From positions 3,819,502-3,883,501 of the forward strand of contig MU058059.1 of assembly GCA_013265495.1 (NCBI GenBank): a stretch of 64,000 nucleotides of DNA. Reading direction: 5' to 3'. The position numbers and the translations under genes were made by a program. The stretch's first letter is position 1; each line of letters starts with the position of its first letter. Below the pieces are notes generated by a model. It was not told where the DNA came from, searched no databases, and saw nothing but the letters and a program-made list of their open reading frames with translations. This document shows positions 1 through 12,465 of this stretch, piece by piece. The stretch is from Vicugna vicugna. Taxonomy: Eukaryota.

Positions 1-838
1 AATTTTTATTTTCTCAGTGGAATCTAAATACTAGGTTAAAACCCATCAACCACCAGTGAAAAATTAGCATAAAATATTCTTTTCCCCAGAGAGAATGTGA
101 GAAACCTCTGAGGCTGGCCGTTACCATAAGCACTGGGTGCCAGTATTTACTGGCGTTCTCACTTTGGTCTCTGTTCAGTGGACAGACCTTTTACGGCTTC
201 CTTCCTGCTTCTATCGGCAGAAATTGAACAGTAAAAGTGTAAATAACACAGCCCTATCAGTTCCCAAGGCTTCGGTCCTTTCTTTTATATTCTCTTAAAA
301 AATTAACTCAGCTGCAACACTTTCTAAAAATAAGACTTAGGGTTGCATTTATTGTTCTCTTAGCTTTGTGCTAACCTGTTTGAAGAATTGATGACAACGT
401 GTCGGTTCCAGTGAGCAATGCTGGGCTGACGTTCCCAAATGCTTATGAGGTGGTCTTTGCAACGTGGCTCAGTTATGATGTGTAACTTAACAGTTTCCTG
501 TAAATGTTCCCCAAATGTATATTCATTAACAACACTCCCCCAACTGTAGGTTTTGCATTGGGATTGTCTTAACACAGGCGCCATATTTTTCCACACCATG
601 TCGTGGGATGTTGGATGGTGTGGTCGTCATCCAGGAGGCAGAAAGTGGGAGATGCAGGAGGAGGTCTATAAACACAGAGCCCTTGTTGGGAGAAGTCACC
701 AGCAGCCATACCCAGAGCAGCCAGCTGGAGGGGCAGGAGGACTCCACGTTGGCGTCATGCATCTTTTTGTTTGCTGGGCTTTCTAAATACCTAGCACTCC
801 TTCATTTTCTAAATCTTCAACAGAAATTAAAATTTCCT

Positions 839-1514
839 GGAAAACAGAATGGAGTTCCCTTAAAAAAGTAAAAATAGACTTACCATATGACCCAGCGATC
901 CCACTCCTGGTCATATATCTAGAGAAAACTCTAAATCAAAAAGACACCTGCACCCCAATGTTCACAGCAGCACTGTTCACAATACCCAAGACATGGAAGT
1001 AACCTAAATGTCCATTGATAGATGACTGGATGAAGAAGTTGTGGTACATTTATACAGTGGAATACCACTCAGCCATAAAAAAGAATAAAATGATGCCATT
1101 TGCAGCAACATGGATGGACCTGGAGATCATCATTCTAAGTGAGCCAGAAAGAGAAAGACAAATACCATATGATATCACTTATATGTGGAATCTAAAATAT
1201 GACACAAATGAGCTTATTTACAAAACAGAAACAGACTCGCAGTCATAGAAAACAAACTTATGGTTACCAGCTGGGAAAGGGAATGGGGGAGAGATAAATT
1301 AGGAGTTTGGGATTAGCAGATACAAACTACTATATATAAAGTAAATAAACAACAAGGTCCTACTGTATAGCACAGGGAACTATATTCAATATCCTATAAT
1401 AAACTACAATGAAAGAGAATATGAAAAAGAATGTATGTGTGTATAACTGAATCATCTTGCCATGCACCAGAAGTTAACACATTATAAGTCAACCATACTT
1501 TAAGTAAAAAAAAT
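839..1514 (+). mobile_element. LINE-1 3' fragment (ORF2 end + 3'UTR + A-tail), cetartiodactyl/camelid-type, 5'-truncated
   Basis: Typical L1 3' motifs (CCATATGACCCAGCGATCCCACTCC; ACAGGGAACTATATTCAATATC) and an A-rich tail. A 15-bp TSD AAATTAAAATTTCCT is read at 824-838 and 1515-1529. Confidence 0.95.
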
Positions 1515-1799
1515 AAATTAAAATTTCCTTGGAACACTCCCAGGGCTGCTGTGTGTTTCGTCAGCTCTGTGTGTTGCCCTGTTGTTACTGTTTCCTCTCT
1601 GAGGTTCCGGTGGTGGCTCTGTGTCCGCTCCAGTCTGGCCGTGTGCTCCCTCCCGCTGTCCCCACACTGAGCCCTCGGTCCTGTGCTTCTGCTTCCTGGC
1701 TCGTGACTGCCTCTACTGCACAGCCTCTGGAAGCTTCCTGGGGAGAATGCCTGGGAAGAACACCTGAGCCTTCTGCCTGACGATACATGTGCTGGCCGC

Positions 1800-1990
1800 T
1801 CACAGCTGCTGCCTGCCAGGCACTGTACTGGGTTCTTGTTCATCCAGTCAGCACAGCCACCCCGAAGGCAGGTCCTGAAATTATCCCTATTTTACAAGCA
1901 AAGGAAGTGAAGATCAAGGGGTCAAGCAGTCTGCTGAAGGTCACAAGGCTGTACATGAAGGCCACGTGCCACACCCAGGTTCCACAGCTC
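1800..1990 (-). mobile_element. MIR SINE fragment
   Basis: ATCCCTATTTTACAAGCAAAGGAAGTGAAG...GAAGGTCACAAGGCT resembles the reverse MIR core. Boundaries approximate. Confidence 0.55.
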
Positions 1991-3259
1991 TGGCCCCTGG
2001 ACTCCAACCAGAAGTCCCCGGATGTTTCTATGTTTCTGTCATAGATGCACCAAGTTCTTAATTTTTTGTGAGTACTGGTTCCTTCCTCCTCTTCATCCCA
2101 CAGCAACACATGAGTTGCCCCAGTTCACCTCTGAACCCACTCTGGACGTTTCAGGTGCTTTGTGGGGACTAGTGGGGCCCATCACAGGTGTCCGGCAAGG
2201 GTTTGGTTAACTGACGTGAGCATAGTGGTCTGTTTTGTGTATACTGTTTTTTGTTACTGAGTCAACCTCAGAAGGGCCGATGGGGACAATTAAAACAGAT
2301 AAGGAAAAATAAAAACATTTGTGGTTGCAGTGGTGAGACGGAAGGTGGTCCCCTAGGTCTGTCCGGGGCCTTTGTGGCACGTGTCCCAAGCCTGGGGCAG
2401 CCATGTGGTGTGCACGCGTCAGGACTGACGGCAGCAAGATTGCTACCTCTCTGTATCCCATGTCTTACCTGGGCAGGGGCTGGCCTCCCCTGTGGTGGAG
2501 ATGGCTATGTGAGCTCGAATCCAGCCCATAACAAGTGTGACTTGTTAGATTACCTGTTGTCTGTCTGCTGGCTGAACCTCGTGTGGGGGTGTGGACACCT
2601 GTGGGTCTGATTCCCTGCTGCGGGTCCAGGGCTCAGCGCAGCCCCACTGTGGGGAGAGGGGACAGGACTATCAATACTGATTACACCGGGCTTCACACTG
2701 CACAGTTTGCAGCAAAAAGTGAGAGCCAGCATGTCCACGTTTCCGCTCTGTTCTTGTCCCCAAGTGCGCTCCTAGGGCCATGGAGAGGAGCCAGGACTCC
2801 ACACGCTGGCTGGCTGCGTCCGTGGAGTTTAATAGGTTTGTCCCTCAGTTTCAGAAGACACAGACACACCATTGCCTGTCCCGTTCACTCGCCTACTGCT
2901 TCTTCACAGGCAGACTCCTCACAGGTGACCTGTGATTCAGCTCCTGCAGGGGAGGTGGTAGTGACCCACCTGTGCAGGAACGGGCCCCTTGGGCGGGCGT
3001 TGGTGTCTCTGCCGCCAGCCCACCGGCCCTACCTGCTCTTCTCTTCCCTGGGCTTCCACCTACAGGCCGGTCTCCTTCTCTGTGGAGGGAGAGCGTTTGG
3101 CTGCATCCCTGACGATGGCAGGAGGGGACCCTCCCTGCCCCCAGCAAAGTGCCCCCCCACCTGCTGCGCCCGTTGGAAGACAAGAGGCACAGCTACATTT
3201 TTGTTTGAAAATCACTAAGTAATTGCTGGAGTTTCTTTTGTCTTGGATGTCTTTTGACT

Positions 3260-3720
3260 CAGTCCACTCCTATTTACGAAGCTTACACCCGTGCCTGTGC
3301 TAAACCTGCCCTTCATCCCGAACTGCTTCTCCAGTTTCCGGCACACGTGTCGTCTCCATCAGATCTCCCTGGCCAGGGTGGAGGTCATCTTTACTCCTCT
3401 GTCCCTCCCTGTCCCTCCTCCTCCCTCCCTCTCCCCCCTTCACTTCACTCGAGAGTACAAGCCCCTCACGTTTGCCTGTGGTTTTCTGCCAGCTTCCTAC
3501 CCACCATGACCCTACACGCACGTTCCCTCCTCCTGAGGTAGTCTCTTCCTTCTTCTTTACCTGTGATCGTCCAGATGCTCTGTACTCTGGTATCCCAAAC
3601 TTCCCTTTTTTATAGCTTACCTCGCATTAAATTCTGATCGCTTAAATGTCTGTTTCCTCTTAACCGTGAGCTCCTCCGGGGCCAGGATCACGTGTTGATC
3701 GCCTGCTCCCAGCCAGGTAG
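3260..3720 (+). mobile_element. LINE-2 3' fragment
   Basis: Pyrimidine-rich L2-like text ending in TGTCTGTTTCCTCTTAACCGTGAGCTCCTCCGGGGCCAGGATC, which resembles the L2 3' end. Confidence 0.5.
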
Positions 3721-4088
3721 ACCCCAGGTAGTCAGCAGCAGGCACTCCATGAGCAGCTGACGAACACCAAGTGAGTGGCTGGGTCTGGGGTCTCGTCTAC
3801 TAATTACAGCTCTTCGGCTGGGGCCCCAGCGCCGGTTCTCGGAGCTGCAACACAGAGAAGACTTTGAGTGGATACTTTCAGGGGATGTGTTCATCAAGCC
3901 CAGGGATCCAAGGATCAGAAGAGGCCTGGTTGGGGAGGTAATACCCCCAGTGATTCTAGGCACAGCACGGTGGGTGGTGTGGAGGAGCCCCAGAACAGCA
4001 CCCCCTCCCCTTCCCTGTCCCGACGAAGGAACCAGAAGTCAGATCGCAGGCGTCACTGAACGGGGTGAGCTCCACCAGGGAAGGGGAA

Positions 4089-4144
4089 TATTTAAGGGTG
4101 TCCTCCGGGCTCGTTTCAGACGTCTGAGTGGCAGTCGTGTAAGT
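4089..4144 (+). promoter_or_regulatory. Candidate core promoter: TATA-like box, initiator and 5' splice donor
   Basis: TATTTAA at 4089-4095, Inr-like TCAGAC with A at 4118 (29 nt downstream) and GTAAGT at 4139-4144. Confidence 0.3.
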
Positions 4145-6879
4145 GAGAGTGTGGACTTGCTCTCGGCACCACCATCTTGCAGAACAGGGACCAGGGGTGA
4201 TGAGGCTTCATAAACTAAGGAGAACGGTGGGAAGCTCTGCCCTGCAGTGCAGTCTCCTCTAAGCACGCTGTCCTGCCACGACCAGGAGGGTTTCTGTGCG
4301 TCGGACAGCCGTCTGGCAGGGCACCGGGCAGGACACCCCTCTCACAGAGCCGCTTAGACCAGACGTGCTTTGGCCCTTCCTAACTTTGGGATTTTTGGTT
4401 CAACAATTTGGGAGAAGAGAAATACGGAGCAAAGATAACCAACACAAGAGGAAGTCTTTGAGATTACCCACAAATGATATTAAATCTTCTCCAGCCCCCA
4501 CCCCAGGACAATTTTAAACTTTGCTTTGTTGCTCTCGAGAGAAGCAGTCTGTGAATGAGACTTTGCCACAGATAAGCTTTCTGCTTCCAAGGGTGATCGG
4601 AGCCCTGACCCCCAGTCCAGGAGATGGCTGGTCATTGTATCTCTTCTTATTACTTGGTGGAGGAGTCAGAATTAGCGATGGGGAAGTCTCCCTTTCTGTC
4701 CCATTTTCAATTATCAGAAGATTTAGCACGCTTTTGGGGGGACCCTGCTCACCCTTGCTGCCCGGCGACCCCCTGAGTTAGTCTCTTTTATCTCTTCTTG
4801 GATGTCCCGTGTCCTAGCACGCCACACTGCACTGACTAAATAAACCCGCAAATCTAGCTTTTGTGTCCTGCTAATCCTTTTATTTCCTAAATCTTATTTA
4901 ATCTGAACGGCTTCCTTTCATCTCTTTAACTGTCCACAGGGTCACCCTCGCATCCGATCAGCAGTCCTCGCAAACCCTGGATAGAGTTGAAAGGCTTCCT
5001 GGCGCTTCCCCAATTCTCATTAGTTTGCGGGCGGACCAGGCAACACCAGCCAAGTGGCCTGTTGGGGACGGGCCCCCCCAGTGCCTGCGGCCCTGGGAGA
5101 AAGAACCAGCCACTCTCCTCTGGATGACCCCCTGCCCGCTGGGTTTACTGACGGAGACAGGCTATGTTTCTGACCTCAGAAACGTGGGAACACAGGCCAA
5201 TGGCCTAATTAAATTGGGCTCGGAGGGACAGAAGGGCCAGTTCATGCTACTGAGTTTTACTTTTGTCTAACTCAAATGAAGTTTGAGTTTGAAGAAAAAG
5301 AGTAGTAATTAAGACAGTGTCACTGCTTAGAGGGACCCAGCGGACAAACCCACATGTATCCCAAATGCACATTTCCACTTCAGCTCCTCCTAGATGCTTA
5401 TTCAGAAAGGGACTTAATAGGGTCATTACAATACCAGTAATGATGTTTTTAATTTTCATCATCACAGTCTTTCTGCCGAACTTTGCTTGGGTTTTGCTCC
5501 CCGGTGCACAGCCCAGGCTTCCCGGTTCTGCTCTCTGCTTCTTTCCTGTTAGAGATTAGCGCTCACTGGCCTACTCGTGTACTGTCTGGATCTGTTAATT
5601 CAGTTCTCGTGAGAGTAGCAGAAAGTCTCTGACCTCAGAGTTGGCTGTGTTAGGGTTTCACCCAACTGTAACTTAGGCTCCCCGTCTGGCTTTGGCTGAG
5701 CTTTGGTAACGCGCAGCAATTCCGTTTTCTCCAACATAAACCAGGAAAATTTTGTGGACCTCGCAGGACTGAACGAGGATCGGATGAGATAGAAACTGTG
5801 ATGCAGTTGAAGTGAGTGCCACACAGGAGGTGAAAAGCGACGTCAGCTCCCAGCATCTGCAGGGTTGTCACGAGGGTTCATGGGCTGTGCGCGTGTGACA
5901 GGTGGGCACTCGCCACAGACGATGGGGATACGTGGATGTGTGCAGATGCCCCGTGTGCACAGCAAGGTTGTACAGCGTGTGAATGACAAGGATGTTAGTG
6001 AGACCCCCAACCGTCCCGCCAAGAACCTGGAAATAATCATATCAATGTAGCAGCAGAGGAAAGGCACGTCTCCAAGGCCAGTGTGATTAGCAGTTGGATT
6101 CTGGTTTAATTAACCAACACATGGACCCATCCAGAGAAGGACTTTCCTGCCAGATGAGCCAACGGGGTGGAGAAAATGGGACAGGTGGAGAGGCAGGTTG
6201 GACATGTGGCCCAGCTCTCCTGGCAGGGACATGAGCTCTCTGACCAACGGCAACAAGGCTTCACCCAGCGCCACCGTTGGCAGGTTGCAATTCACTTCAA
6301 GACACCCTGCGTCTCCTTCTTTAAACCCACTGCCACCAGGCAGCCTACTGACCACCTGTTCTCTCTCCAGGTGTCTTGGAAGGTGCGGTGTGGAGGACCA
6401 ACCAGTCTGCCGAGCGGTCTTCTCACAGTGAGTTCCTCCTCTCCCGTGGTGGGTCCACGTGGTGTGCCGTGGGGAGTCTGACCGTGGTTTGGGGGTGGTG
6501 GTAGCTGCTAGTTTCTGTGCCTGGCAGACTGAGGACCAGACCCCAGGTGATGGCAGTTCACGGTGGGACCTTCCTTAGACGCTGGTCGGAGTGCTTAGCG
6601 AGTGGAGGCCTTGCTGGGTCACTTGGCGCAGTTAGCACTTTGCACACAGAGTGTGCAGCGCAGGACCCTCCAGGAACCAGGAGACAGACATGGAGGAGTT
6701 GCTGTTTGTCACGTTTTCACAGGACCTTCTTGGTCTTGCCACTCTGCAGCAGGGACTCAGCCGGGCAGACTCCTGAGTGACAACTCCCAGTGCGTGTGGA
6801 GGTCCGTCTGTGCGCGGAGTGGGGCTGTACTGGTCACGGACCTGCACTCGCAGGTCCCCCTGAGACAACCTGCCTCCTT

Positions 6880-7050
6880 TTTATGCTCCTCGAACATCTT
6901 GATGTTCCTTCTGTTTGTAGAACTTACTTTGATCTTTGTTGCTGTGTAAGTAGTGTTTGCTTTTGAAATACATATATTTCTAGCTCCCTTAGATTGTCAG
7001 CTTCTCGCTAGGGTCTGTGCTGTACTCCGTCTCCGACATGCCCTTTACGA
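6880..7050 (+). mobile_element. LINE-2 3' end remnant
   Basis: CCCTTAGATTGTCAGCTTCTCGCTAGGGTCTGTG resembles the L2 terminal motif. Heavily decayed. Confidence 0.4.
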
Positions 7051-7182
7051 AAATACAGGCATCCAGTAAGACGGCAGAACGTATGTGTGGCCTGTGGTCA
7101 ACAAAGGAGTCAGGCAAAGCTATAGAACTTAGGGCATGATGTTATTTATGTGCACGGTTTCTCTTGCTTATGAAGTTTACAG

Positions 7183-7216
7183 AGCGTCCCAGAAGCTGAG
7201 ATACTTTTTGACCCAG
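7183..7216 (+). other. Candidate 34-nt internal exon (host transcript unknown)
   Basis: Acceptor TTTCTCTTGCTTATGAAGTTTACAG| and donor CAG|GTAAAC. Confidence 0.25.
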
Positions 7217-10200
7217 GTAAACACATTTCATATATATTCCCTTCTTCATGGTAGAAACTGGTTTTAAAAAGAAAAGCGTCAGAGTATTATTTGTTCATGG
7301 AGTTAATGTAATACATCAGCTGTTTATGAAAGATGCAACGGGCTTTGCTAAATTCGTGTTAGCGTTGCAGTTCAGCATGCTGGTGATGAGGCAGAGCTCT
7401 GAGGACACTGTTTTAAATTCCCAACAGTGGTGTATCTGAAGCAGAAGTAGAGACGCAGACTAAACGTGCGCCGGCTGTGGTCCTAACAGTCGTAGTCCGG
7501 GGGGTGCAGGGGGGTACAGGGGGGTGCTGTTAATCTTCCCAGCTTTATTGGGTTGTAACGAATGTACTGATACGTATTTTTTGAAAAGAGGGATGCGGCC
7601 TCATCAGCACGACGACCTTGGCTTTCTCGAGTCGTGGTGTTACCTTATCAAACGTTAAAGATGTGCTGACTTGTTTGATGGGATGTCAACCTGAAGAAAC
7701 TAAATCTGGAAAAGAAAAAAAAGCTGTATTTGTAACCTAGCACAATCCAGAAGTGCTTGATGTTCCCAGGGTGCGAAGTTTCCCTCAGAGGACCCGGTGC
7801 AGAGGGGCCTGCTGTGTCCACTGGGGCACAGATCCAACTGCGGCCCTAGGTCGCTGGCGTGCAGGGTGGTGGTGGCGGCAGACGCTGAGGGCTCGCCCGG
7901 CACCCTGAGTATCTGCCCCGGGGGGACAGACCCACCCCGTCCCCTCTGTCTGGCTGATCAGATGGTTATGTCTAGGGGCATTTTGAATGTGGAAGTGTCC
8001 AATACTTTGAAGATTGTAATGATTTTTCCTCCTAAGGAGTGAGTTGTTTGAGTTCATCCAACAGTATATATTAAAAAAGTGGGGCTGGTCTTTAAGGAAC
8101 TTACTCTCAAAAAGAGGACAGTAGAAACGCAAACAAAATGTATGAAAACACAGTGATGTTTTGCTGGTCTGCAGACACACATGTGAATCTGAATCTGGGC
8201 AGAGATGGACACATGGGGGTTAAGGCGCTTTCTCCAGGGATTGGAACAGTTAGAAGTCTTTCCAAGTCCCAGAACATGTTCGGTTGAGCAAATCGGCCCT
8301 TCGAGTCTGGTGGAAAGCAGAGCCAGATGTGGTGTGGGAGCCAGGTGCCAGGAGGACTCTTGTCCCTGCGTGTCCCCTCCTGTGCCTGATCAAGGTGCCC
8401 TCCCCAGCCACTGCACCCGCGTGCTGGCCTCCCTGCTCCGTGCTGGGGGAAGCCCAGGGCTTCCTGTTGGTGCACGACACACCAACAGGCATGTGCCACA
8501 GACCCGGGGGGTAAGCACGCAGTGTGCAGACGGGGCTCAGAGACTCTGCAAGGCTCCCCAACCCAGACTCCAAGGGAACAGCTGTTAATTGTCTTCAAAA
8601 TACTCAACAAAAATTGACCTGAGACTTTAATCGCAAAGCGTTTGCGTTACGGGTGCTATCCAGCCTTGCTAACAGGACGAGCCCCGTGCTCACACGTGAA
8701 CGGTGTATGGACCCCCTTTGAAGGAATACATTCCTTTGCATCCCTAGAGGTGACTTAAATCTATTTTGTTATAGTGTCTCTTAAACACCTACAAACATTA
8801 AGTTACACTCTTAATAAATGCTAAGCCCTGGGGGTGAAAGACTTGGGTTTCTACAGCCACTTCACTGCTGCAGGCAAGCTCGCTAGAGCCCCAAGGCATG
8901 TGGGGCGATGCACAGTGTGCGTGGAGCGCCGCAGGCGGGGCCCCCAGGTTGGGTGGCCAGTAGGGATTCCAGCTGATCCCAGGTGAGCTCTCCCTGAGGC
9001 CTGGGCTAGACGAGCAGCCGCGAGGTGTGAAGACGGAGGTGGGCGTGTCTTCTCCTTGGGGAAGAGGGATCAGTAAGCCTGGTGTCCTCTCTGATGCCAT
9101 GAGTCCACTCTGAAGCAGCATCCATGGAGACCTGTGTTTTATGAAACCATCAGCAGATAGGTTGGCAGCTCATTTTGACTGGGGCCGTTGCCCACCAGTT
9201 ATATCTGGTCCTAAGCGTGAGGAGGAGGGTGCCAGAACACACCCAAGCCCGAGCGCTCAGCTGCTACCACCGCTCGGAGGCCTTACTGCTCTCCCCCCCA
9301 GCTCAGAGTCTTTGCCCAGCAGTTGGCTGTGTGGCTGGCGGTAACATTGGGAATGGGGATCATGGCTTCTGTGTGGATAACGTCTGGGGGTGGCTTACTC
9401 CTCCTGGTCGTGTACGTCATTCCTCAAAAGTCAGTGAGGGGACACAGGAAACCACAAACTGTGGGCGCCTATGCACCAAGGCCGTTTTTACAGTTAGGTG
9501 TTTTACAGTTTCTGGTTTGTCCAAGAGCATAGTTTCTGCCACATGCTCTTCTGGGCGCTGCCCACACAGCGATAAGCGAAATGATCACTCTGCCCTCGTG
9601 GAGCCTACATTTTAGCAGCGAAGTAAATAAAGTAAAACTTGTCAGATGATGAGGAGGGCCCCCGGGGGTATAAGGCCCAGGAGAGGGAAATAGATGCCGA
9701 ACAGGCCCATTCCACCTGGTTCTCGGGGAGGATGCTGGGAGACTAGGAGGCGGGAGGGGAGCCCCGCCTCCTCTGCCTGCAGGGCCGGGGGCAGGGCGCA
9801 CGGCTCAGTCCTGCCTTGTGCACCACGGGGCAGACAAGGGCCCTCAGTGAAGCAGTTGGCCACCAGCCCTGCTGCAGCCAAGAGAATCCGCTGCGGGAGG
9901 GTTGATGTTTCCGGTAAGAGAAGGAAGTGGCTGAAGCAGTGAGTGGACAGGGGAGGCTGCCCTCTCCAAAGGGTCTGAGCGTGGAGGGCATCCTCCAGTC
10001 CGGGCCGCCTTCCCACTGCCCTCTGGAGAAACTGATACCAGCGCCTCAGTGGCTGGGACCGTGAGCATCCCCTTGTCCCAGGGCACAGGCTCGGGGAGAC
10101 GGCGGGCTTGCTCTGCATCCGCCGACCGGAAGGGCCATGAGGCACGTGCTGGGGAACAGCAGAGGGGCGGGCAGAGGTGACTGGGACCCGATGGGCCCCG

Positions 10201-12048
10201 GTCCGTTCGCAGCAAGCCCACCGCCACTCTCTGATGCTGACAGTTGCCAGACGCTCCAGGTGGGACTCCCCGCAGCCCCTCAGTCTCCTAGCAATTAGTG
10301 GGAACTCATTTAATCAGATTCTTTTCTCAGGGCTGCCCTGCCCTGGGCAGTGGGAATTTGACAGGATGGAGGGAGGCTGGAGATGGGGTGGGCACTGGGT
10401 GCTGGGCCGAGACGCCTGCCCCATCGGCCGCTCAGTCTCCTTGGCTCCCAGACACAGAAGAGCAGTGTGGGCTCACTGGTGGGGGTGGGGGCACTGCCAG
10501 CTCACAGGCCACTCCATCCCTTGAGGGTGACTGTACCGGATAGACTGTTGAGTTCCTGAAGCCTCTGCTTTTTGGTCCATGAGAGGAAATGCTGGGAGTA
10601 TGTTCCCAGAGGGCTACTGTGAGACTCAGAGAAATGATCCCTGCAGATGGCTGGGCACGGCCTGGCACTAGGTAACCCTGGGGATGATCAGGACCCACGC
10701 TGCCCAGAGGTGACTGCGTGATTGCCTGCAAGGCCAGCAGGCAGGCCCTGGGGTGAGCCCAGAGCTGCTGGCTGGACCCCTGCCCTCCAGGAATCTGGGG
10801 GCGTGGATGTCGGGTGAGGTCTGTGGTCAGTAGCAGGGCGTGTCTCCTTCCTCTGGAGGGCTTGCTTGACCTCTGCCTGGTCTGAGTCTTTCTGACGGGA
10901 GCAGAGAAATCTCACTCCCGGAAAAGCAGGTGCCCCTTTGAGGCACGGGCCTGGAGTTCCGAGATACCCAGCTTTAAGTAAGTTACTGCAGCACAGGTTT
11001 TATCAAAGCTAAGATGCTGTCATCTTTCATAGAGGCGAAAGACACAACGATATTTTATGTTTTGAAAAGAATGAAAATACACTGTGGGTGAAGTTGTAAC
11101 ATACCGTTGGCAGGGAGTTGCATCCTGAATTCAAGGATGTCAAAATGTCGGGGCAAAGAGTATTTGAGATTTAAAGACGCTACCTCTGTATGGCCGAGCG
11201 GACCCCTCTGGCGTTACGTGTAGCAGCAGTGGCAGGCGGCGAGCTTTGAAAACGGGCACACCACTTGGGAGCACTCGCTCCAGTGGAGTCTTCTGTGAAG
11301 GCGCGTCTCCCTCTGTAAGTTTCACTGGCAGCAGAGGGGCAGCCCCTGCGCGGGGACACAGGGACTGTCTCCTGGGGGTGAGCAGTCCGGGCTCCAGGCT
11401 GACATTGGTATGAAGTCTCAGGCCAGAGGCCGTGCGGCAGGAAGGACAGTGACGTCAGGGCCTTCAAAGATAAGGCGAGACTTGTGGCTCCAAAGGGGTC
11501 TGCCAGTCAGGGTCTGAGAGCCCCAGCTCTGGGGGGCGGGCTTCCCCGGGGACCCCAGCCTGTTTCTTCCAGCTGCCTCGGCGGCCGGCCCCCGACAGTG
11601 GGTGAGCGAGGCTGACCCGGGCGCCTTGAGTCAGCGACCAGGACGTGGAAGCCCCTGAAGCCTTTGTGTCCTAGACCTGCTAATTTTAGGTTGTTTATAG
11701 AACATACACACGTCCACCACACACTAACACCTGCACAAGTGTTCACACACACTCACCCAAACACGCAGACACCACGGTCACACGCACCCCCGAGTGCCTA
11801 CCCACACTGCCACCACCAGAACGAAATGGTCTGTCTGAAGGGGGAAGGGTGTCTGGAGTTGGGAGGGTGTCAGCAGAGGAGAGAATCATCCAGAAGCCTC
11901 TTTGTTTTCCACACGTCAAGGAGGACAAATCACATCTGTTTGGCAGAAAACTTACTTTCTATGGAAAAAGAAGGAAAATCCTGTTGATAATCCAAGGTGT
12001 TGATGGGTTGTGGAAAGTGTGAGGGCAGGAAAGAATCTTTGGAATTAC

Positions 12049-12465
12049 ACACCTCACACACACACACATCCCCCTCACGTAGACACACACACACACACAC
12101 ACACCAGACGCACCTCACACACAAATCCCCCTCACATAGACACGCAGCTCACACACACACACACCATACATACCTCACACACACACACATCCCCCTCACA
12201 TAGACACACACACACACACCAGACACACCTCACACACAAANNNNNNNNNNNNNNNNNNNNNNNNNNNNNNNNNNNNNNNNNNNNNNNNNNNNNNNNNNNN
12301 NNNNNNNNNNNNNNNNNNNNNNNNNNNNNNNNNNNNNNNNNNNNNNNNNNNNNNNNNNNNNNNNNNNNNNNNNNNATCCCTCTCACAAAGACACACAGAC
12401 ATACACACACACACCATACACAGACCCACACACACACCATACACAACTCACACACACATCTCACT
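12049..12465. repeat. CA-rich compound minisatellite (~60-bp imperfect unit), interrupted by an assembly gap
   Basis: Recurrent unit CACCTCACACAC(A)n-ATCCCCCTCACATAGACAC(AC)n-CA(G/T)AC, at least 3 copies before the gap and continuing after it. Confidence 0.9.
12241..12375. other. Assembly gap (135 N)
   Basis: Run of N. Confidence 1.

Noticed and set aside
4500-5800. Possible ERV/LTR suggested by AATAAA at ~4838
   Set aside because: No PBS, paired LTR or gag/pol similarity. The AATAAA context fits an L2 3' end better.
8632-8736. Short inverted repeats CGCAAA/TTTGCG and AAGGAAT/ATTCCTT
   Set aside because: Arms of 6-7 bp are expected many times by chance in 64 kb.
9323-9532. Hydrophobic, transmembrane-looking 69-aa ORF
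   Set aside because: GTG start, no splice or promoter support, and T/G-rich sequence readily gives hydrophobic peptides.
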